From IMG/VR virus record IMGVR_UViG_3300028008_000005, positions 50,690-114,689 of that record: DNA of 64,000 bases. One strand, 5' to 3'. The notes beneath the pieces were generated by a model, which was given only the letters and a program-made list of their open reading frames with translations, did not search any database and was not told where the DNA came from. Positions 28,190 through 38,502 of the stretch are shown piece after piece. How positions within the stretch are numbered: the first letter of the stretch is position 1; every line of letters starts with the position of its first letter. This stretch comes from a virus. The position numbers and the translations under genes are program-made.

Positions 28190-29755
28190 ATGTCTGCTGT
28201 AATTAGACCTAACTTTCATCATACGATGGCTGAATCGATTTACGATAAGATTCAGAATAGATCGGCGAACTATCATTACTACCTTGGTAAGGTTTTACCA
28301 TGGCAGTTTGAAGGAGCTATTGCAGATGCACCTAATCCATCCAATAATATGGATGAAGAGAACGATTCCCGTAATAATATGATCGGGATTAAGCAAATAA
28401 ACATTAATGACGTATCTTTTATTACTCGTCGAATTGATTGGTCTTCAAGGGTATTTGATGCCTACGATGATTTAGATACTGTTATGGTAGAAGAAGATTT
28501 CTACGTATTAACAGAGGATTTTAATGTTTATAAGTGCATAGAAAATAACAAGGGTGCTGTATCCACGGTTAAGCCAACTGGTTTTGATGTTGGTTATACC
28601 TCTACAGCTGATGGATATATTTGGAAGTTTATGTACTTTATGCCGCTTGCATTGCGAAATAAGTTCTTAACACCTAACTATATGCCAGTGATTAAGAAAG
28701 TTAAAAACCAGTACTACTCAGCTGGAGTTATTGAAAACTACGTTCTAAACGACTCTGGCCAAGACTATGATCCTGATGAGACATATGCAGTTATTCAGGG
28801 TGATGGTGCAGACGGAGCAGCATCTCTTACAATAGAGAATGGCCAGATTACTGCAGTCACAATTGATAATCCTGGTACAGGTTATACTATTGCTTATCTA
28901 ACTGTAACAAAAGGTGCACTCGATCCAGGTACTGGTGCTGATATTGATCTAGTCCTTTCTTCTCCGGGAGATCTAGATTCTCAGCAAGCAGATGTTGAAA
29001 CCCTTACAGTAGATGGCGACATATCACAGATTGTTGTTACAAGATCAGATAATTCTTTTACAAGCGTGCCAGCTGTGACTATTACGGGTGATGGCACAGG
29101 AGCAACAGCAACAGCAACACTAGATGTAAATGGCGCAGTTTCTCAGATTATTCTAAATAATAGGGGATCAGGATATACCTATGCGGATATATCAATAGCA
29201 GCGGAATTAGATGGTCTTAGAAGTGCTACAGCTCGTGCGGTTATATCACCCCAATATGGGCATGGATTTAACGCTCCTCGTGAGTTAATCGCTGATACGC
29301 TTTGCTTCCATACTTCTTTCGAAAATGAATTAAATCAAGGTGTGTTAGTAAATAATCAATATAGACAGTTTGGGATTATTAAAGACGTCGAGATCTTTGA
29401 TGCTAAGAGGTATTATATTACTGATTCTGGATCAGCATGCTATCTCGTAGAAGGGACATTGGTTGGTGATTCGTTTCCAGAGGATCAGCTTGTAGCTACA
29501 GCGGGTAGTGTTAAGATATTAAGAACTGTAACAAGCGAAGATAATAAATTACTTGCTCAGTCTCTTGATGGAACAATACCGGCAATTGGTGATATCTTTT
29601 TTAATGCTGCAGAGACTGCTTACTTTACAGTTACAGCAGTTACTAATCCTCAAATAAACAAAAAGACTGGCGAAATACTGTTTATTGATAATAGACTAGC
29701 ATTTACATCTTCTGAGGAACAAACTGTAACATTCAGATCATTCATCAAATTTTAA
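28190..29755 (+). CDS. gp8: Baseplate wedge subunit gp8
   Basis: FYV.T..FNVYKC..NN, ST.KP, DGYIWKFMY, G.ILFIDNR. Confidence 0.88.
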   Translation: MSAVIRPNFHHTMAESIYDKIQNRSANYHYYLGKVLPWQFEGAIADAPNPSNNMDEENDSRNNMIGIKQININDVSFITRRIDWSSRVFDAYDDLDTVMVEEDFYVLTEDFNVYKCIENNKGAVSTVKPTGFDVGYTSTADGYIWKFMYFMPLALRNKFLTPNYMPVIKKVKNQYYSAGVIENYVLNDSGQDYDPDETYAVIQGDGADGAASLTIENGQITAVTIDNPGTGYTIAYLTVTKGALDPGTGADIDLVLSSPGDLDSQQADVETLTVDGDISQIVVTRSDNSFTSVPAVTITGDGTGATATATLDVNGAVSQIILNNRGSGYTYADISIAAELDGLRSATARAVISPQYGHGFNAPRELIADTLCFHTSFENELNQGVLVNNQYRQFGIIKDVEIFDAKRYYITDSGSACYLVEGTLVGDSFPEDQLVATAGSVKILRTVTSEDNKLLAQSLDGTIPAIGDIFFNAAETAYFTVTAVTNPQINKKTGEILFIDNRLAFTSSEEQTVTFRSFIKF

Positions 29756-29756
29756 T

Positions 29757-29764
29757 TATAAATA
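29757..29764 (+). promoter_or_regulatory. Late promoter TATAAATA
   Basis: Exact consensus, intergenic. Confidence 0.75.
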
Positions 29765-29797
29765 TTTGGTATAAGACTTAATTTTAGGAATAAGTTA

Positions 29798-32700
29798 ATG
29801 GCAATAAATCTAAACACTGATCCGTATTATGACGACTTTGATAATACCAAAGGGTTTCATCAAATACTCTTTAAGCCAGGTGTTGCTGTACAAGCGAGAG
29901 AATTAACCCAGATTCAATCTATTCTTCAGAATCAGATTAAATCTTTTGGTGATAACATCTTCAAAGAAGGTGCTCTTATTCAAGGTGGTCATCAATCTCT
30001 AGATACCCAGTATCACTCAGTTAAGCTAACTGCCGCTGCGGATTCAATTGTATTGTCATTAATTGATCAAGAGGTATATGGACTAAAATCCGGTATTAAA
30101 GCTAAGGTTGTTAATGCTACCCAAGCGACCGCGGCAGGCGATCCGCCAACTATCTTTATTAAATATCTAAACTCAGGTAAAAGTAAAGAAAAATCCGGAT
30201 TTGCTCAGTCTGAGATAATATGGAACGAGGCTAAAACTGTCTCCGTTACTACTGCGGCTACTTCTGTAAATTCAGTTGGAACAGCTTATACCATGACAAA
30301 CGGTATCGTATATGCTGGAGGATTCTTTGTATACTTTGCTGATCAGACAGCTATCCTAAACAAATATGGTCCAATCACCAACATTATTGTTGGATTCGAT
30401 GTTAAGCAAACGATTAAAGATTTTACAGACGACTCTAGCCTAAATGATCCAGCTAACGGATCATTTAACTATGCTGCTCCTGGTGCTGATCGTCTTCAAG
30501 TAGCTCTTACACTTACAAATAGACCTTGGCAAGCTGATAATGTAGTTGATCCCGATTTTATAGAAATCGCTAGAATACAAAATAAAAAAGTTATATCTGC
30601 TGTAACAAGCACTGCATATAATATTCTAGGTGATACCCTTGCTCGTCGCACATATGACGAGTCAGGCGATTATGTAGTTCGTCCATATGATCTTTCAATG
30701 GTAGAGCATAAAAGGACATCGCTATCTGTAAACGATGGATACTACACTGCTGCCGAAGGTGGTGATGCTAATAAGTTTATTAATAAGATCTCCCCTGGTA
30801 AAGCTTACGTTAAAGGGTATGAGATTGATAACGTTAAAAGCGCAGCTATAGCTGGAGACAAGGCAAGAGATACAGCATTAGTAGAATCAGGATCGGTGTA
30901 CACCCCATTTGGTAACTATGTTCGTGTTACCAATATTAATGGTGTATCAGAAGAAATAGACAATCTTCCTGAAGTACAGATATACAGCCAATTTACTTCT
31001 ACCCCGGGTGTACCAGAAGGAATAGCAATCGGTACTGCTCGTATTCGTCATACAGAATTCTTTTCTGGTACACCAGGAACAACTACTGCCCAGTATAACG
31101 TTTACCTCTTTGATATTAAGATGAGGACTGGATTTTCGTTTACAAACGATGCCAAGCAAATAGTCTATATTAATTCAGTATATTCTTCTGACTTTACTGC
31201 TGATGTTGTTGAAGAACTATCTAACCTAACAGGTACTATATCAACCGTTGGAGCTTCCCAAACAATACAAGGTATTGGTACACGATTCCTTACAGAATTG
31301 AGTATAGGCAACTATATCAATATAGATGGGGATACACATCGTGTTACTACAATAATTGATGATACAGGAATTGAAGTATCACCAACGCCCACCCAGAGTC
31401 GGTCAGGCTATGTATTCTCATCTGTAAAGTCTAAACTATGGAATACCGATAGGAATTCATACATATTCCCCTTACCAGTTAATATTGTTAAGTCAATTGA
31501 TCCAAGTGGAGTAGATACGGTATACGAGACTCGAAGAATATTTGAAAGAACTTTAACAGCAGGTGTAGTTCAAGTAGATGCAGGCGTTAACGAAAGCTTC
31601 TCATCCGAATCACTTGATAATATGCAGCTATATGTTTCTAATGGAGATGTTGTAGATATAACTGGCGACGTAACAATATCTGGTGCAGCAAATACAGTAC
31701 TCACAATAGACATATCAGGTCAAGGATATACAACAGAAACAGTTATGCTAATTGCTACTGTTTCAAAAAATGGTTCGGCTGCTGACAAAAAGACTAAGTC
31801 TCTGCAAGCGAATCAACAGCTTGACATCCTAACAGAGGCAACATCGACTGCTCAAAGCATCTCTTTAGGTAAGGCAGATATTTATAGATTAGTCTCTGTT
31901 AAGATGACAACAACCGGTGTATTCGGTGATGCATCGTATAACAGTACAACAGAAGTTGATATTACTAATCGTTATACCCTTGACAACGGTCAAAAGGCAA
32001 CATACTACGGATTAGGTTCTCTTCGACTAAAAAGTGGATCAAATGCACCTACAGGGCCAATCCGTATTACCTTTGACTACTTTACACATGGAACAGGCGA
32101 CTACTTCTCTGTTGATTCATATACTATTGACTATAAGGATATTCCAACTCTTATTCTAGGTGGTAACGAGTACGTACTTCGAGACTGCTTAGATTTCAGA
32201 CCTAAGATTAACGATGCTGGTACCGGCTTCTCTGGTGCTGGATCAAGCGTTGGTGAATTCCCAGACTTTGAAAACGATATTACTACATCATACGAGTATT
32301 ACTTACCACGAACAGATAAGATTGTTATCAATCGCGATGGTCGTATTAAGGTAATTAAGGGTGAAAGCGGATTCGAGGCAAAAGAGCCTACCACACCTGA
32401 AGACTCAATGGCTTTGTATATCCTTAAACAAAAGCCATATGTCTTTAATATATCTACAGATATTGATATTGTTAAAATTGACAACCGACGCTTTACTATG
32501 CGTCAAATTGGCAAGTTAGAAAATAGAATTAAAAATATCGAATACTATACTTCTCTTAACCAGCTTGAGGTTGATACCCAGAACTATCAGATTAAGGATA
32601 TTAATGGATTTGATAAGTTTAAGAATGGCTTTGTTGTAGATTCATTCCAAGGTCACGGGATAGGAGACGTATATAACCCCGACTATGGTGTTGCAATCGA

Positions 32701-35038
32701 TTATGATAAGAGAGAACTTAGACCTCTATGTAAGACTGAGGCATTTACCCTAAAAGAAGTTGCAACCACAGACGCTGAAAGAGCTGCAGCTGGATATGCT
32801 AAGACTGGGGATTTGTACACTCTTCCATATACAGAAGAGAGACTAATCTCAAATAATAGATCTTCTAAAGTAGAGAATCTAAACCCATATGACGTGGTAT
32901 CTTTCCGGGGTAAGATGAAAGGTAAGCAATCCGACATATGGATTGATACGATTCGTCTTCCGGATCTTCCAGTATCTGTTGACAACTATTCTTCTCTTAC
33001 TGCTGATGCAAAGGCAAAGGGAACATATGGCACAGTTTGGGGAGCATGGGAAACAGTCCATTTTGGTACATATCAAGGAACACAAGAAATTGGAACCCGA
33101 GTAGGTACTGAAACAACCTACACTGAAGAGATTACAACAGAAACAAAACATGATATAGTAAGATCTTCTTCTGTTATAGCTAAAATGAGAGATGTTTCTA
33201 TTAACTTTGAGGCAGAGGGCTTAATGCCTGACACCAGAATGTACATCTTTATGAATAATCAAGATGTTACTGCAGATTGTAAATCTACTTTGTTATACGA
33301 TCATGATCTTGTAGCTGGTGATTCTAATACAACTATTAATGCTTTTGGGCAGCAAGGGAAAATGCTTGCTACAGATGATAACGGAAAGCTAAAAGGTACA
33401 TTCCATTATTCTGCAGAAAAGTATAATTGGAACACCGGATCATATATTATTCGAATGACCGATGATTTTGAAAATAATCCAACATATGAGTTTACTGCTG
33501 CAGAAATGACGTTTACCTCTTCGGGAGAACTTCATAATATACAAAATGAAATCGTATCAACACGAAATGCTATTGTTACTTCTAAGCCTGTTATTGAAAA
33601 GTCATCAAGAACAGACTATTTTGAAAGCGGTAAGCTTAAGAGCAAGTCTTGTAAAGGATTTGATCTATATGAAGAAAAATACGACGGGTCTGGCGGTACA
33701 TACGAAGTCCTTATAGATGCAAAGAATATTGGTGTATGTGGATATGTTAAGCCTATTATAACCCCTACCCCAATCGAGCCAGATAACCCTGTAGTTGTAC
33801 AGACATGTCCGGCCGGTGGAACAATACTTGATACCTATTGTGATGCTGTTACCTTTAATCTTATGGCAACAGTAGCTGCAGGACCTGATGGTAATGGGAA
33901 TTGCACAACAACAACAGTTATTACCGAAACTGGTTCTACCCAATGTACACCAGTTAGCCCGTGCGATGTTGCTGGAACCCTAGCTCAGACGTTCTGTAAG
34001 AATCAAACAGATCTATGGGGTCAATACTTTGACGGTACATACAACTACGTTACTGGGGATTGCAACACTTACCAATCCTTAATAGAAGCGAATAATGTTG
34101 AAGACTGTAAATATATACTTCATACTGCTTATGGTGTACCTACTGGTAACACTGAATGCTACCAGCCTGGATTTATTAAGTATGTAGAATATCACGATGG
34201 ACTTGGTGGAACATATAAGAACATTGAAGAATACGGTTCAGTAGAATGTGGATATGTAACTCCGGCAGTAATCGCAGCAGCTGAAGCTGAGGGCGAAGTT
34301 GTTACACAGGAAGAAAAAGATCTTGCTGAAACATATGATCCTGCTGATCCTATTGCAGCTGGTACACATAATCGTTATGAGTGTCGCGGCGTTGATTACT
34401 ATGAAATGATAGCTGATGGAAACTGGGGAGAAACTGCAGTTCTAATTGAAGCTAACTCTGAGTTCTACTGTAACTATACAGTTCCTAAAGATACAATCTT
34501 TATTGAAACCTTTGTCGATCTAGATCCAGACGACGATGATGACGGCGACTTAGATCCTCCACGAGCTCAAGTTGTAGATACCGTTGGATTTATAGGTGGT
34601 GTATTTAACTATGCATTTGGTAGAAACCTTACAGAAGCAGAAAGAGGAGAAGCTCAGGCTTATTTCGATGCTAACGGTATTACAGCAGACACCCTAGCAA
34701 ATGCAACAACGTCTGGCTCTAACATTACTAATGGATATATTGATGCTGACGTTGTCCCTGATGCTTATAATGCAGACGCAGAAAAAGTAGCACTTGCAGT
34801 AAAAACCATGATTGAGGTTGGTGTAGCTAGGGGATATGGAAGTGATTCAGATGCATCTGTAACCAATTATCTAAATACTGTTGAAGGTGCAAATGTAGAA
34901 ACTCTTTCAAACCAAATTGCTATTCAAGCAATTACAGCTGCTACACACATAGATAACCCTGCGATAGACGAAAGCTGGGCAAAAGAGGCTGTTAGGCTTC
35001 TTATAAATAATACTGAAACTGGCGGAAGCCTGGTATAA
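29798..35038 (+). CDS. Large virion structural protein, VrlC/DUF4815-like, N-terminal part
   Basis: N..PYYDDF, QARELTQ.Q.ILQNQ, APGADR, LARRTYDESGDY, FKNGF.VD.F. Confidence 0.85.
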   Translation: MAINLNTDPYYDDFDNTKGFHQILFKPGVAVQARELTQIQSILQNQIKSFGDNIFKEGALIQGGHQSLDTQYHSVKLTAAADSIVLSLIDQEVYGLKSGIKAKVVNATQATAAGDPPTIFIKYLNSGKSKEKSGFAQSEIIWNEAKTVSVTTAATSVNSVGTAYTMTNGIVYAGGFFVYFADQTAILNKYGPITNIIVGFDVKQTIKDFTDDSSLNDPANGSFNYAAPGADRLQVALTLTNRPWQADNVVDPDFIEIARIQNKKVISAVTSTAYNILGDTLARRTYDESGDYVVRPYDLSMVEHKRTSLSVNDGYYTAAEGGDANKFINKISPGKAYVKGYEIDNVKSAAIAGDKARDTALVESGSVYTPFGNYVRVTNINGVSEEIDNLPEVQIYSQFTSTPGVPEGIAIGTARIRHTEFFSGTPGTTTAQYNVYLFDIKMRTGFSFTNDAKQIVYINSVYSSDFTADVVEELSNLTGTISTVGASQTIQGIGTRFLTELSIGNYINIDGDTHRVTTIIDDTGIEVSPTPTQSRSGYVFSSVKSKLWNTDRNSYIFPLPVNIVKSIDPSGVDTVYETRRIFERTLTAGVVQVDAGVNESFSSESLDNMQLYVSNGDVVDITGDVTISGAANTVLTIDISGQGYTTETVMLIATVSKNGSAADKKTKSLQANQQLDILTEATSTAQSISLGKADIYRLVSVKMTTTGVFGDASYNSTTEVDITNRYTLDNGQKATYYGLGSLRLKSGSNAPTGPIRITFDYFTHGTGDYFSVDSYTIDYKDIPTLILGGNEYVLRDCLDFRPKINDAGTGFSGAGSSVGEFPDFENDITTSYEYYLPRTDKIVINRDGRIKVIKGESGFEAKEPTTPEDSMALYILKQKPYVFNISTDIDIVKIDNRRFTMRQIGKLENRIKNIEYYTSLNQLEVDTQNYQIKDINGFDKFKNGFVVDSFQGHGIGDVYNPDYGVAIDYDKRELRPLCKTEAFTLKEVATTDAERAAAGYAKTGDLYTLPYTEERLISNNRSSKVENLNPYDVVSFRGKMKGKQSDIWIDTIRLPDLPVSVDNYSSLTADAKAKGTYGTVWGAWETVHFGTYQGTQEIGTRVGTETTYTEEITTETKHDIVRSSSVIAKMRDVSINFEAEGLMPDTRMYIFMNNQDVTADCKSTLLYDHDLVAGDSNTTINAFGQQGKMLATDDNGKLKGTFHYSAEKYNWNTGSYIIRMTDDFENNPTYEFTAAEMTFTSSGELHNIQNEIVSTRNAIVTSKPVIEKSSRTDYFESGKLKSKSCKGFDLYEEKYDGSGGTYEVLIDAKNIGVCGYVKPIITPTPIEPDNPVVVQTCPAGGTILDTYCDAVTFNLMATVAAGPDGNGNCTTTTVITETGSTQCTPVSPCDVAGTLAQTFCKNQTDLWGQYFDGTYNYVTGDCNTYQSLIEANNVEDCKYILHTAYGVPTGNTECYQPGFIKYVEYHDGLGGTYKNIEEYGSVECGYVTPAVIAAAEAEGEVVTQEEKDLAETYDPADPIAAGTHNRYECRGVDYYEMIADGNWGETAVLIEANSEFYCNYTVPKDTIFIETFVDLDPDDDDDGDLDPPRAQVVDTVGFIGGVFNYAFGRNLTEAERGEAQAYFDANGITADTLANATTSGSNITNGYIDADVVPDAYNADAEKVALAVKTMIEVGVARGYGSDSDASVTNYLNTVEGANVETLSNQIAIQAITAATHIDNPAIDESWAKEAVRLLINNTETGGSLV

Positions 35039-35059
35039 TACAAAGAGGCTAGTTAATAA

Positions 35060-36859
35060 ATGTCATATAATGTCGTAGATCCTTTAGCTCAATCTTTTCT
35101 TGTTGAGGATACCTGTGTAGTTACTAAGGTAGAATTATTCTTTAAGAATATAGACAGAAAGACCCCTATGAGGATTCAGTTAAGGGATATGAAAGACGGA
35201 TTCCCCGGAGATTATATTATTCCTCTTTCAGACAAGTTTGTATATCCTAAAAATATATCTACCTCAGCTGACGGGTCCAAGGGTACTATAGTAAGATTTG
35301 ATAGCCCTGTGTTTTTAAAGAAAGGCGAATATGCTCTTTGTCTCGGTTCTGATTCAAAGAAATATACCGTGTTTATATCTGAGCTAGACACTACAGATCT
35401 GATTACTGGTAAAAGAATTATTAAGCAGCCTTATCTAGGATCCCTGTTCAAGTCCCAAAATACCTCAACTTGGACACCCGAGCAAATGCAGGATCTTAAG
35501 TTTAGTATTTTTAAAGCTAAATTTGATACAACTGCAGCTGGTAGTATTGATTTCAATGTTAACAATTCCCTTATGGAAACACAAGTCCTAGAAGAAGATC
35601 CTTGTCAGACCTTCTCAGGGTCTACCACAATGAGGGTAAACCATTTTAATCATGGTATGACTGATGGATCCTATGTTAAGTTATCTGGTATTGCAGAAGT
35701 AGATAAGGTATTCGGAACAACTGGAACTATACATGGTGTAGACTTTACAAATGTATTGAATACAGCTCTAGTAATAGCAAACGCTAGTCTTAACGGATAT
35801 ACTGTTACACTCCCTACTGCAGCAAATGCTGATGCTAGATTTGGAGGAACTCGAGTAACCGCTACGGAAAACATTGTAGTAAATGCTCTATACCCTATTA
35901 CATCTAAGATTGAAGAAACAACTACACAGGTCCAGCATTTATTTAAAGGGACTTACTCTGATTACTCTCAGGATCTAGCCTACACTGTTCTTGAACCTGG
36001 CACAACTGAATTATCTAAGTCTAGAATTATTACTAACTCGACTACTAAAGCAGAAAACCTATCAGGAGCAGATTCGTTTAGTTATAGAATTGGTTTAAGC
36101 TCTCAGAATACTAGACTATCTCCCGTAATCGATCAGCAGCAGCTTGGGGTATTAACAGCACAAAATTTAATAAACAACCCAGACGAATCAACTGAAAATC
36201 CATTAACAGAAGACCTTATAAACTTTATGACTTCTGTGGCTTCTGTAACATTTACAGCTGTTACAACAACTTCCGGAATACTTACGGTACCCCTGGCACA
36301 ACAAGATGCTGCACTTAAATTGATACCAGGAACAACAGCATATATTACTGATTCTAATACTACCAATACTGGGACTTATCGTATATCAAATATCGCATCT
36401 AATGGTGATGAGATATTATTTACTAAGATTTCAGGTACATGTGCTACTAATACTGGAACATATACAATTTCAATTGGTAGAAACTTTGTTGCTGAAGAAG
36501 CTCCTTCTGGCGGTTCAGTATACTCTAAGTATATTACTCGTAAAATTGACTTTGCTAATCCGTCTACGTCGATTAACCTTAGATTAGATGTTAATCGGCC
36601 GGCGGGATCAAACATTAAAGTATTCTATAAGTCAAGCCTAGTTGGTGAATCTGATGATATTGCAGAGAACGAATTCAAACACATTGATGCCTTAATACCT
36701 ATTCTGCCGGTATCTCTAGACAAGAAATTCCAAGAAGTAGAGGTAGAGCTACTTGATCTTCCTCCTTTTGAAAGCATCGTATTTAAGATTGCATTTACAT
36801 CAACAGATTCTGCTAGTGTACCTAAGTGTAAGAATCTAAGGATCATAGCGTTAGCATAA
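35060..36859 (+). CDS. Virion structural protein, VrlC-like C-terminal part
   Basis: DPLAQSF, F.SPVFL, QPYLGSLFKSQN.STW...Q..DLKF, KYITRK, P....LR.IAL. Confidence 0.8.
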   Translation: MSYNVVDPLAQSFLVEDTCVVTKVELFFKNIDRKTPMRIQLRDMKDGFPGDYIIPLSDKFVYPKNISTSADGSKGTIVRFDSPVFLKKGEYALCLGSDSKKYTVFISELDTTDLITGKRIIKQPYLGSLFKSQNTSTWTPEQMQDLKFSIFKAKFDTTAAGSIDFNVNNSLMETQVLEEDPCQTFSGSTTMRVNHFNHGMTDGSYVKLSGIAEVDKVFGTTGTIHGVDFTNVLNTALVIANASLNGYTVTLPTAANADARFGGTRVTATENIVVNALYPITSKIEETTTQVQHLFKGTYSDYSQDLAYTVLEPGTTELSKSRIITNSTTKAENLSGADSFSYRIGLSSQNTRLSPVIDQQQLGVLTAQNLINNPDESTENPLTEDLINFMTSVASVTFTAVTTTSGILTVPLAQQDAALKLIPGTTAYITDSNTTNTGTYRISNIASNGDEILFTKISGTCATNTGTYTISIGRNFVAEEAPSGGSVYSKYITRKIDFANPSTSINLRLDVNRPAGSNIKVFYKSSLVGESDDIAENEFKHIDALIPILPVSLDKKFQEVEVELLDLPPFESIVFKIAFTSTDSASVPKCKNLRIIALA

Positions 36860-37110
36860 TGTCATTAGTTAAAGTAAAACCATTTGACGGTTATGAACAT
36901 CTTCTAAAGGATACTCGGAATAAAGCTGTGATTAACCAAGACGATAAGGCTTTTTCTGATTATGTTTCAAAAAGAAATAAAATCAGAGAAGAGGAAGCTT
37001 TTAAATATAATATGGAAACCCAGATGCAAGATGTTGAATCGGATATAAATAATATTAAGTCCGATTTATCTGATATTAAGAATCTGCTTACTGCATTAGT
37101 AAATAAATAA
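36859..37110 (+). CDS. Small coiled-coil protein that typically follows VrlC-like genes
   Basis: L.KD....AVIN.D followed by C-terminal heptads. Confidence 0.7.
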   Translation: MSLVKVKPFDGYEHLLKDTRNKAVINQDDKAFSDYVSKRNKIREEEAFKYNMETQMQDVESDINNIKSDLSDIKNLLTALVNK

Positions 37111-37121
37111 TAGGAATCACA

Positions 37122-38078
37122 ATGTCTGTAGCACTCACACTTCGTAGTGTAAAAGGTACCCGACTAACTAATACAGAAGTCGATACTAACTTTAGTAATA
37201 TTAGCACAGAACTTGATCTTAAAGCACCTATTAATAATCCGGTCTTTACTGGATCAGGTCAATTTACTGGTGCTTTAACTGTAGACGGCGATCTAGAAGT
37301 ATCAGGTACAACCACCTTTGTTAACGTACAGAATCTTGGTGTTGCTGATACCATGATCTATGTTAACCAACGAACAGAGGGAACACTAACTGCTGCTTCT
37401 GGTGATGGAACCAATGTAACATATACAGTTGATAATAACTATGTTGTAGGGGACTTCCTCGTTGTACAGGGTGTTACCCCAGCGTCTTTTAATGTTAACG
37501 GAGCATTGATTACCGCAACTACAGAGACATCAGTTACAATTGCTTCAACAAATACAGATACATATGTGTCTGGTGGTTCTACCTATGCTAAGACCTATGT
37601 TAATCTAGATCTTGGTTTAGCAGGGGGATATAATTCAGACGGTACAGCAGGCGGGTATGCACACACTGGCGTATTTAGAGATGCTACTGACGGCGGAACT
37701 TGGAAGTTCTATCAGGGATATACCCCAGAGCCTTCAGCTGGTGTTGACATTAATACGAGTCACGCTAGCTTTGCTCTTGCGCCAATCGCTGGATCAACAA
37801 TATCAGCAACAGACTTTAATTCAACGTCTGATATTAGTTTAAAGAAAAACGTGAGAGTTATAGAAAATGCTTTAGATCTGGTAAACAGACTAGAAGGCGT
37901 AAACTTTGAATGGAAAGATTCCTCCAAAGCTGCTATAGGTGTAATTGCTCAGCAGGTAGAAGAGGTAGTTCCAACTATTGTTAATACAGGTTCAGATGGA
38001 ATTAAGAGAGTATCATATGACTCGCTTATTCCTATACTCATCGAGGCAATTAAAGAGTTATCAGCTAAAGTCAAATAA
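37122..38078 (+). CDS. Fibre protein with a C-terminal intramolecular chaperone (peptidase S74-like)
   Basis: N-terminal LR..KG..LT..EVD.NF; C-terminal SD..LKKN...I.NAL...GVIAQ.VE..VP..V...LIEAIKEL. TATAAATA at 37044. Confidence 0.85.
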   Translation: MSVALTLRSVKGTRLTNTEVDTNFSNISTELDLKAPINNPVFTGSGQFTGALTVDGDLEVSGTTTFVNVQNLGVADTMIYVNQRTEGTLTAASGDGTNVTYTVDNNYVVGDFLVVQGVTPASFNVNGALITATTETSVTIASTNTDTYVSGGSTYAKTYVNLDLGLAGGYNSDGTAGGYAHTGVFRDATDGGTWKFYQGYTPEPSAGVDINTSHASFALAPIAGSTISATDFNSTSDISLKKNVRVIENALDLVNRLEGVNFEWKDSSKAAIGVIAQQVEEVVPTIVNTGSDGIKRVSYDSLIPILIEAIKELSAKVK

Positions 38079-38112
38079 GACCTTCAGCCGAGTTTCTCTA
38101 GGAGATACGAAG

Positions 38113-38493
38113 ATGGCAATAAAGGTATCAGGCACTACGATTATTGATGATAATCGTAATCTTGTCGACGCCAATGTCAGGGGTAAAAAACAGGATCTAG
38201 GTAGCATCTCTGGTGTAATATCACTAGATATGAATGATGGCGAAACTGTTACAGCAACCATTACTGGCAATACTACATTCACTGCTACAAATATTGTTAG
38301 CGGTTCTGTAAACACTATTTTCTTTTATCTAACTAATCCTGGGACAGGAACAATTACCTGGCCACCAACTACTACTTGGGACAAAGGAAATTATCCAGTA
38401 CTTAATTCCTCCGGTAAGACTCTGATTATTCTAGAATCATACGATAACGGATCAAATTGGTTAGGTGTTCAGGCTTGGCGTCAAAACGCATAA
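38113..38493 (+). CDS. Small fibre-associated structural protein (start re-called at MAIKVSG)
   Basis: AGGAG RBS; MAIK..GT.IIDD.RN and ITWP....W..G..P motifs. Confidence 0.7.
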   Translation: MAIKVSGTTIIDDNRNLVDANVRGKKQDLGSISGVISLDMNDGETVTATITGNTTFTATNIVSGSVNTIFFYLTNPGTGTITWPPTTTWDKGNYPVLNSSGKTLIILESYDNGSNWLGVQAWRQNA

Positions 38494-38502
38494 GGAAATA
38501 TA

